From assembly GCA_002633005.1 (NCBI GenBank), contig NMRA01000192.1, positions 595,140 through 659,139 of the forward strand: 64,000 nucleotides of DNA, read 5' to 3'. Numbering within the stretch: the first letter of the stretch is position 1; each line of letters begins with the position of its first letter. Position numbers and translations under genes: made by a program. This document shows positions 39,301 to 50,300 of the stretch, in pieces. This DNA is from Phoronis australis. Taxonomy: Eukaryota; Animalia; Phoronida. Under the pieces are notes generated by a model that was not told the DNA's origin, made no database searches, and saw only the letters and a program-made list of their open reading frames with translations.

Positions 39301-42300
39301 TTTTGTCTTTATGCAGCAGTAGTCATGCATCGTCAAATCATACGTAGGGTCCTGAAACATAGAATATTTTAATAAAGATTTTTTTTAAATGTTCCTTTAA
39401 GCGTTCCCTCCCCGTTCCGACAACAAAATCGGAATGACAGCTATTTCGAATGTCACCACTCTCACCAAATGACGCAAAATGAAGTTGGACCGTGTCCTAA
39501 GTAAGAACCTCGGTGACGTTGAACGTGGGATATTGAATAGATCACATAAAGTGGTTTTGTTGAACAGCTGTTATTAAGACTCGCTATCTTTCAGAACAAC
39601 TCAACCAAAAGTTTTTACACAATTGCAATGCAACATTGTTCATCCGTTGGTCCGATGACGTGACTGCACGCTGGTTTTGTTTTACTAAGGACTGTGATGA
39701 ACTCAGAAGGTCACACAACGCCCTGATAACATGCTCTATGGTTATAAGAATGTTGTGTTGATTTATCATAAGAAACGCTCGACTAATTCAAGTTCCAGGA
39801 CCATAAAATAGTATTTAAGTCATTAATATTCTTAAATCTGATTCTCAGTACAGTTATTGTGTTGTACTGTATTACTTTTTATTGCGGGGAATTGTATTTT
39901 ATACATGTATCTATTGGATTTGAGTGTCTAAATCAGGGGTGTGCTTATGCAACGCCCCTAACAAATTAAAATGACATTTTTAGAAACTTACAATCATTAG
40001 GAACCCGTTTCGCTTTGGGTCAAACAAGTAAAGACCCTCGTTCCACGAAGTAGGATAGCAACATGTATACACGTGAACACGGGCATCTCTCGACAGGAAA
40101 CATAATCTGTCGTCATTAGGGTTCCATACTAGGAATCGAAATCTACAAGGAGACGAACATTACAATAGCAACAGCATGTGGCGACGTAAGAGCATGGAAA
40201 GGAAAGGTCCGCGTCCGCAGGCAATATCAGTTGATGGTTACAGAATGAACAGTAAACAATAAATACCCAAACATATTTCATAACGTCAGGATTTGATCAG
40301 TGAACTAAAGGGTAGTTAAATACCTTCCCCAGTCCCACCATGCCTGTCTGTTTGTACTAGGACAAGTGCCGTCCGGCTGGAGCCTCCAGTCAACATGTGG
40401 CGCTTTTCTTAACATCTTCCTGCACATTTGTCGTGGTCTCAAGGAGCCGGCCACTTCATCCGTTCTAATTATATATTCACCACGCCTACCTATACAACAA
40501 TACAGACATAGTGATTTGTCAGCATTAAATGTTTTGTTTAGCCTAATACGACAACATGACGTCAGGTCGCAAACGTTTAAAGGACATTTCATATCAGATC
40601 ATGGTCATGATATGAAATTGGTCAAATCTGTTTTCGATTTTTTTTCTTTGGCAACATACCATAGCAATTGGGTTCTACTATCACAAGGTATTCAAGAACC
40701 ACCGGGGATTGAAAGGAAACGTTGGCCAGATTTGTTCACGTTGCTTTTTTGACCACCGCAGTTACTTTCCAAGGCCTGAAGTGTAATCTGTTAAGCGCTG
40801 GAAGTCTCTTTCTGTCGATTTGCGCGGTTAGTGAAGCTGTTTTTAATTTTGCGTCTTTAGGTCTTGAAAGGGATATTTTGTTAAAAACTTCAGAAAGAGA
40901 CTTTCGAGAAGGAAAATGTTGCATAGTAATCTAATGTGACGATTCCGTTGCCAGGTGCGACTTCCACATCAAGGTCACTAATAATGAAGAAGACTGTTGA
41001 CACCGCAAAGAAAACAATATACGGAGGACGTGAGTTAATCGTTACAAACAAACGTCAAAATGACTTCTCCGATTTCTTCGCTCGTCGCTAAACCCCAAGT
41101 GTTGATTCTGATATTCAAATATTGAGACTTTCTTGTTTACAGTGGTCGCAAAAGGTTTCACATGGAGCGTGTGGTGACGTATCTAAGAGCAGACTTACCT
41201 GTGTTGCCGTTGGCTTTGCCAAGGTTCCTCAACTTCTGTGCATTGCCACTTTCAGGCCGTTTAAGACAAGTCTGGCGCTTCAGCTCTCCAAACCCGTCAC
41301 CAACGGATACTCCGACCTCAGGTAACGGGTACCAGTTGTATTCGTACAAGTATTGCTCCTCTGACACTGAAAAGACGAGAAACAGAATCCATTTCATTCC
41401 TTGTGATCTGATTTTTGAAACAAGGTCTGTCCGTTGTGTCTTGCTGTAAGTTATTTAACAATTTGACTTGTTGCCGGGCACTGACTGCTGATCCTAAATG
41501 TGCTGCTCGGTAACTTGTCAAAACAAAACTTATTACGACATTTTCTTACCGGTTTCCATTTCCTAACTAGGCTTCATCACGAACGTCGTCCATTACAGTT
41601 TTCCACTTCAAAGTGGTGAGCAAATTCGAAAAATGTTCACTTAACAATGACATAGTAATAACCATAATGGTAACAATGATTACCCCTGTAGACCCAGTTG
41701 ATTCCTTCCGACGGATAGTTGTACTTTACAAAGCTATAGGTTTCATCCGTCATCACCACAGCTTGGAAACTGTTCCCCTGTAACATCAGTTTAGTACCGT
41801 GTAGATGTACAGTCATTAGATAGATAGGGAACACCAATTAATCCACGGAAAGGGTCCGTGTACACGTTAACGGGGTAACATTTATTAATAAACAAATTCA
41901 CGTTGAACAATAAAAGCAAACTCATAAACAACAGGGCATTGTTTTGCTCATTCTCGGATTTTGCCACACTGGCTAATGCAATTGGTCGCCTACATTAAAG
42001 AGAACACAATTTATGTAAGATAGAAAAAAACATCCTTCTAAAATTATAATCAATACAAGTAGCTACGAGTGACAGATTTAGGGGGGGCAATTGGGCCATG
42101 ACCCCCCCTAACATTCTCACAGATTCCATTTGGGATTTTGGGGGTATGAATGTCTGACGAGCAAAGTCCTGGCTCACGTTGCCCTCTCCCCTAACTCATG
42201 TACATGAAGATAAAAATGACAACCAAAGGTGAAATAAATTATCTTCCCTGGTAGGGAGAGTTTAGTTATTAGATTTTTCAGGGTTTTCCAAACCCAAGTG

Positions 42301-45300
42301 AGTCTGATAACTTTGATAAATATCGCAATGTTGATCATATTTGCACCGTCCTCTTCCAAGGCTTTTACCACAGTCTTTCTAGCAACTTTATCAATACAAC
42401 TGCTCTAAATACAATCGAAAGATAAATTCCAAATGTCCTTGTGAAATGTACACACAGTGGCTGGAAGAGGAAGTGAACGAAAACGATGAATCTGTTTTGG
42501 CAACAAAAATGTAACTCCACTATTCAGTTACATGTATCTTCCTGAAACGGCATCGCCTTTACAAAGATCCAACGGTAAACAGCCAATCATTTCCAGCTAA
42601 ATGGAAAAGCCGACCGCCAGCAGAGGGCGACTGGATAAGCGTGAGCAATGAAAAATTATGGGAACACATGACCATGTTTCTATTTAAGCTAAGTGTTTGC
42701 TGAAAAACAAGTGATTTTAAGCAGTAGTGTTGACGTCAGCTTACCTTGACTCCGTGGAGACGTTGTAAACACCTGTCCCTATACAGCTGACACCATGAAG
42801 ATCGACAGGAGGACGAAAAGTACCACCAGTAGCAGTAACTCACATAGGACACCATGTTTTCCCACGTGACCACCAAAACCCACGTGGGCTGAAAGTCTAG
42901 TATTCAAAAATAAAACAACATATTAATAAACTTTTTTGCATTGCTAGAAGAGTCTTAAGCACCACTTGTGGGACTCTCAGGCCAAAATTCCGGATCCACA
43001 ATTTTCTCAATATGTGCAATGTGAATATCCATTTAAAGCATTATATATGTATTGACCGCTCATTGAGGTGACGTTCTTCACATTGACCTAGATATAAAAA
43101 TACCCTGTTATCCTTCCTCTACGAGTTGAAGAATGATTGGTAACACGTAGTATATTCTTCAGGCTGAAAAGAAATGTCATGAGGACGGGGTGCAAACCGT
43201 TTGCTTTATCCGTAGTAGTTAAAAGGACCTGACGATGGTCAATATAGCTGAGCATTTAATTGTTTTATTAGCTTTTTCTTCTTCTCTTAATGGTGTACAG
43301 TTCTTTCAAAATCAACTGGACAACGCCTAAATTCGACAACATTTCGGCGTACACAACTGCGACTAAAAATCCATTTCATTTCGAGTTGCTTCGTTTCAAT
43401 TCTGGGTAAACTCCACAACATCTCGACACGTCTTACTTTATCCACAGTGTCGAAATTGCGTCAGCCTACTGCGCTAGTCCTACACAAAAATAGACAATTA
43501 GTGGCTAAGTGCAATGAGGTCACTTCAAACTCCGACAAAACTGTTCCACTTAACTGTCACCTGATTCTGGCAAGATGTTTCGCAGAGACCTGTAGAAGTC
43601 TGTCTCGTATATTTTGGAAAAGTACTGTAAATGCTATACAGTGTGTAAACAATTTCGTGGACTATAATCGGCCAATTTTTGCAGTTTACTGCCAGCTGGT
43701 CCAGATGAACATGGCCGTATATGTTTCTAAAAAAATCATCGCATATATTTCATTCGATGCAACTGAGAACATAGAAATAATAGCAAAAAATAGTATTCAC
43801 GAGGACAATATTGTTTTCATTTTGGTATGTTATAATAGTCCAAGCAGACACCATTTAAGAATCCCAGTCATACAAACTTGTCCAATGTATCAAACGCTTA
43901 GGGTTATCGACCTTACCATCTGGATAGTCTTTTCCTTCTGTAGTCGACCGCATAAGTTTCACCTCAGACTCTGCTCTTTTCATGATGCCGTCACAGGCTG
44001 CATCGTTCACCGTCTCATCCGTACACACTTTCACATAGACTTGACTTTGTCTCCTAGTGGCGTTGAGAAAACACATGGCACGTGGATCGGCATAGGTTCG
44101 GAAGGGGCTGATGATTCCAATAGTGTTCAGCCACGACCACCAACCACCACACTTGTAGTATGGCCCTAGCGGCCAACGATATCCCAGGTTGATGGCACCG
44201 TTGTAACATACCTGAAAATCATGCGGTCACCATTTTGGTAAGTACAGATTATTTCGTGGCGAAGACGCCATCTCCCGTGCTTCAGAGCCCTCGAGGATTT
44301 TGGAGAATTATGGTATGTCCTAAAGCAATAAAAACTCACATTTTTATTGTTTTAGAACATGCTCGGCGCATCAAAGGTCAAGTCAACCAGTAGAGCCAGC
44401 CTCCCGTTCAGTAACGCTAGGACCTCGCTAAAAAGCAAGATTTTGCGAGATTACGTGAAACATTGCTGTGTATTTCAAGTGACAACACGTGACTTTGGCT
44501 AGCTGGTCCTAGCGTAGGTACTAGAGTTACTGAACGCACGCCTCGTTTTAAGCTATAACCTACTGTCAGTTCCTTCGAAGCCCTCAAAGTACATCTATGT
44601 TGTCTAACAACATGAGACCCAAACCACAATTTGGTACAGTAAGTGTCTCAATCAAAAGTTGTTTTAGTGTTGAAAGGCAGGTTTATATACACTGCTTACG
44701 CATACCGGGATACGCATGAATATCCCTGCCTTTGGAATAACTGTGATCTTGTATAAATGATCTGTGTGCTAAAACCTTTCCTGTCTGTCGTTTACGATCT
44801 CATGATTTCTTTGCTACACTACGAATTCTTGAACAAACGTCACATGTCCTCAACTTGGTCATTACGTCCCAATAGCCAACAAAAGGTTAATAGAATTTTA
44901 AAGTGTTTTTATTTGGAACTCGTATAACAGAACAAGCCATAGAACAGCCTCTTGGGACTTCTCCAGACAAATTTGTTTGACAATGGGAAAGGGTTTGACA
45001 TCATCAAAAGTCACATTGCTGGAATATGGTTTCTTACATATCGCTATAAATCTCCCAAAATAAGTCTTACCTGAGCCTCAGTATAAGTCTTGCTTTTGAT
45101 AGGCAAACCATCTGTCGGTAAGTTGACGTTATGACATTCGTAGTACCTGTTTCCAGTAGCATTACAGTTAACTAAGCGTGTGGCTCCCTCCTTGAAACCA
45201 TTGTAAATGGCGGAATCATCTAGAAAAGCAAGGAAGATTCAAATCAATTCACACAGGAAAAGTAATGTGCAAAAAGGAAATCAATTGTTGCAACATCACA

Positions 45301-47283
45301 GAAAAGTCTGATAACATACTAAATGAATTTCTTGTTTCAATTGAGATTTTAAAACACTCGTTTGTAGTTTGGCCAAGAAATTGTTTGCTCAATACTACAA
45401 CAGGTTAGATACTCGTATAATGTACATAAAATTAAAGCCAGTCAATTATAACGGCCGGAGCAAGCTGCATGACCTGCAAAAGATGTCGTCTGTCATTGTT
45501 TCCGCTATTGTCTCCCACGCGCGACATGTTCTGGAATCAAAATGGACTTTCTCCATAGAGACATTTCTATTTCTAATGCATCATTGTTTGAATTAAAATT
45601 GGTTGCAGTGAAGTTCCTGAAATTCTTTCGATTAACACATTCGGTGGCTGAAACTAACCCGCCGTGACAATCGAACTAAACCCACCGGAAACTAGGTCTC
45701 GAGCTGGTCGCATAGATGTCAGTAGATTAGCGTCGTAAGTTAAACAAGACCATGTGACCTCCTTGAGACATCATTTGGCGTGGGAAATCAAAAGGCAGTC
45801 TGGCATGACGCGGTAACAAACTGTTTGTTCTTTTTTACACCAAGAATTCAAATCGTTTCTAACGTGAGTAAGAAACAAGATAAGACGACATAACAATGGC
45901 AAGTGGCCTAAATCTACTATTTTACTGAAGGCAAGGTTTAGAACCTTTGAATCGAACGACAGCCGGGCTAAGAAATTTGTGCAGATTTGTACCTGCAAGC
46001 GTCTAACATTAGGTCAATTATATATTATACGCAAACAGTAGCAAAAACCCAATGCCAACTCGTGCTAAGCCAGGTGTTAAATTTACAAACAAGAACAACG
46101 TCGAACGGAATATACATGTATGCCCCCCTCGTGGTGCATCGTAAACTGTGAGTTCCCCGGTGTGTTAAATAGTTTCATAAGTATGGGTTGATATGTACCA
46201 ATATGACCACCACGATAAATGAAGTTGTCACATCTGACAAAAGGTTACAGTCAGCACACATTTATACTATAAACTAATCAATGAGTTTCATTTAGAAACT
46301 GATCAGTGTGTATTCCAAAACATCAAAAATCTAGAGGAAAATAGTGCCCACGCCTTGGCCAATTCGGCGATCCTCATTAAAACACAAGTGTTATGTTTTG
46401 CGAAGAAAAATCAAAATATAAGTATTAACAATTGTCTTCTGGGGGCTCAGCACTACCTGGTAACGTACAACAACTGTCACGTGCCGCCCTCTCCAAAATT
46501 CAAGCCCATGCCTAAAGCGGCCCATGCACGCTCAAAATTATTCCATCAAAGTATAGGTTTTGCTCATGTGTGGCCAATGTTATCGACCTAAAAGTATTGA
46601 TGTCCGTACATTGACGCAGCAGTTTTCAGTAGCTCTTTTTACTGAAATCATCAAACATATGGGTGTTTGTTGCACTTCATCAATATTTCTCGCAAACTAC
46701 GTTTTTCGATTGGCCCTGGGAAAAAAACGTCGTACTATTGTCATCCTAGGACGATAAAACTCTTCTACAACTGAAAGACATGCACGGAAGCTTTCAGGCA
46801 CTTTGGAAAGTGTAAATCGATAACAGTGACCGAAATAACTGGGGCCTTCCAGCAACTTGGACTGTGAAGCGTCAAGATTACGGTGGTCGAAATAACTCGA
46901 GTATTCAGACACTTCAGGAAGTGAAATGCAAGGGGCAAGGATTCCAGTAATGGAAATAACTGAAATTTAAAGGCATTTCACTTCTGAAAGTAGGAACAAT
47001 GATGACAGTGATCGAGATAAAAGAAAGACGCCTATAAGCGTCTTCTCACCCACGAGTATCGCGAGTGCATGGTACAAGTCTTCACCTACCCAGATCCGTA
47101 ATTTCTTACAAGGTGGCTTCTCGTCTCACAATACGTGTAATAACATGGTTTGAAGATACTCGTTGCAAATTTTTGTTAATTGTTCTTTTTGACGTTTTTC
47201 GCTTCAAGACTAGAGCAAAACCCAGCGCAGTTGATCCGTCCAATTTGATAGCTGTATGAAAACTAAATATTGCTAAATATATA

Positions 47284-47352
<69 letters not shown>

Positions 47353-50300
47353 AACTATTGATACACAAATTTGAGTGCAACTGGGCCGACAGATTTTGAT
47401 GACAACTTTCACGTAGTTACATGTAGACAGATCGAGACAGCACCAGAGACAGCACCAGAGACAGCACCCCTAGACGTGTCACACGGAGATGAACATAAAC
47501 AAAAAGCAAGGAATGTTGCCCAGTTATGGACCATAGACTTGAAGATGTATAATGAAGCCGAAGTCATTAAAGGACCTAGTCAACCCTTTTAGACAATAAG
47601 TGTGCTGTGTATTGTCTTTCTTGAACATCGATCAAGAAACTTGATTAAACTCGAGGCGGGAAGAAAGGTCAGCAGGAAAACACGTGTCCCGTGATCTTCT
47701 GGGCATAAATATAGAATTTACAAGATGTACTAGTCTTACGGATGATGGACTCAAGACGCAACAAATTATCTAATGACATTATTCTATCATAAAATAAAAA
47801 ATGAAAATAATATAGCAACAAAACGAATAAAAACAAACCTGAAACAACCATATACTGCAGATATACACGAAAAACAAACTTACCATCTAGTGGTGAACGT
47901 AGAGGGGTGACAGTTGGTGTTGCAGTTGTAGTAGCGGTTTCATGGCTAGTGGTGGTTTCAATTGACGTCGCAGAGGTTTTACTGGTCATTGTCGGCGTTG
48001 TTGCGGCTTCACTGGTCGGTGTTGAGGCTGTAGTGATTTCACTGGTCGATGTTGACGTTGTAGTGGTACCTCTAGTGGGATTTGACGTTGCAGTAGTTAC
48101 ACTGGTCGGTGTTGACATCGTAGGGCTTTCAGTGGTGGGCGTTAATGTTGTAGTAGTTACACTCGTCGGTGTTGAGGTTGTAGTAGTTTCACTGGGTGGT
48201 GTTGACGTTGTAGTGATTTCACTGGTAGATGTTGACGTTGTAGTATTTTCACTGATCGCTGTTGACGTTGTAGTAGTTTCACTGGTCGTTGTTGACGTTG
48301 TAGTCATTTCACTGGGGGGTGGTGACGTTGTAGTGACTTCGCTGGTCGGTGTTGACATCGTAGGGCTTTCAGTGGTTGACGTTAACGTTGTAGTAATTAG
48401 TCTTGTCGAAGTTGACGCTGTACTGGTTTCACTGGACGGTGTAGACGTTATAGTGGTTTCACTAGTCGTTGTTGACGTGGTAAAGATTTCACTGATGGGT
48501 GTTGACGTTGTACTGGTTTCACTGGTAGGTGTTGACGTTGTAGTGGTTTCACTGGTAGGTGTTGACGTTGTAGTGGTTTCAGTTGTTGGTGTTGAAGTTG
48601 TAGTGGTTTCACTGGTCGGTGTTAATGTTGTAGTGATTTCGCTGGAAGGTGTTGACATCGTAGCGCTTTCAGTGGTGGGCGTTAACGTTGTAGTAGTTAC
48701 ACTCTTCGGTGTTGACATTGCAATGATTTCAATGGTAGGTGTTGGCGTTGTAGTGGTTTCACTGGTCGGTGTTGACGCTGTAGTGATTTCACTGGTCGGT
48801 GTTGACGCTGTAGTGATTGCACTGGTTGTTGTCGACATCGTAGCCCTTTCAGTGGTGGGCGTTAACGTTGTAGTAGTTACACTGCTCAGTGTTGGCGTTG
48901 TAGTAGTTTCACTGGTCATTATTGACGTTGTAGTGATTACAGTACCAGGTGTTGACCTTGTTGAGATTTCACTGGTCGGTGTTAACGTTGTAGTGGTTTC
49001 ACTGGTCGGTTTTGACGTTGTAGTGATTTCACTGGTCAATGTTGACGTTGAAGTGGTTTCAATGGTCGGTGTTGACGATGTAGTGGTTTCACTGATGGAT
49101 GATGACGTTGTAGTGTCTTGTAGGACCGGTGTTGATGTTGTAGTGATTTCACTGGTCGGTGTGAACGTTGTAGTTGTTTCACTGGTCAGCGGGAAGGTTG
49201 TAGTTGTTTCACTGGTCGGTGTTGACGATGTAGTGGTTTCACTGATGGATGATGACGTTGTAGTGTCCTGTAGGACCGGTGTTGAAGTTACAGTGATTTC
49301 ACTGGTCGGTGTTAACGTTGTGGTGCTTTCACTGGTAGTTGTTGACGTTGTGGTGGTTTCACTGGACAGTGTTGACGCTGTATTGGCTTCACTTGTCAGT
49401 GTTGACGTTGTAGTTCTTTCACTGGACGGTGTTGAGGTTGTAGTGATTTGGCTGGTAGGTGTTGACGTTGTAGTAGTTACACTCGTCGGTGTTGACGTTG
49501 TTGTGGTTTCACTACTAGGTGTTGACGTTGTACTGGTTTCACTTGTTGGTGTTGGTATTGTAGTGGTTTCACTGGTGGATGTTGGCGTTGTAGTAGTTAC
49601 ACTAGTCGCTGTTGACGTTGTAGTGATTTCAGTACTAGGTGTTGACCTCGTTGTGAGTTCACTGGTTGGTGTTAACGTTGTAGTGGTTTCACTGATGGAT
49701 GATAACGTTGTAGTGTATTGTAGGACAGGTGTTGAAGTTGTAGTGATTTCACTGGTCGGTGTGAAGGTTGTAGTGGTTTCACTTGTTGGTCTTGGTATTG
49801 TAGTGGTTTCAATGGTGGATGTTGGCGTTGTAGTAGTTACACTAGTCGCTGTTGACGTTGTAGTGATTTCAGTACTAGGTGTTGACCTCGTTGTGAGTTC
49901 ACTGGTTGGTGTTAACGTTGTAGCGGTTTCACTGGTCGGTGTTGACGTTGCCTTAGATTCTCTACTCGGTGTTAACGTTTTAGGGGTTTCACTGATGGAT
50001 GATAACGTTGTAGTGTATTGTAGGACCGGTGTTGAAGTTGTAGTGATTTCACTGGTCGGTGTGAAGGTTGTAGTGGTTTCACTTGTGGGAGTTGAAGTTG
50101 TAGTGATTTCACTTGTCGGTTTTGACGTTATGGTGGTTTCACTGGTCGGTATTAACGTTGTAGTTCTTTCACTGGTAGGTGTTGATGTTGTGGTAATTTT
50201 ACTGGTCGGTGTTGACGTTGTGGAGGTTCCACTGGTCGGAGATATCTTTGCAGTAGTTTCAGTGCTCGGTGTTAACGTCGTAGTGGCTTCACTGCTCGGT

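Noticed and set aside
43447-44169. 240-aa ORF on the + strand
   Set aside because: Overlaps a NIDO exon in antisense, has a non-ATG start and no motif.
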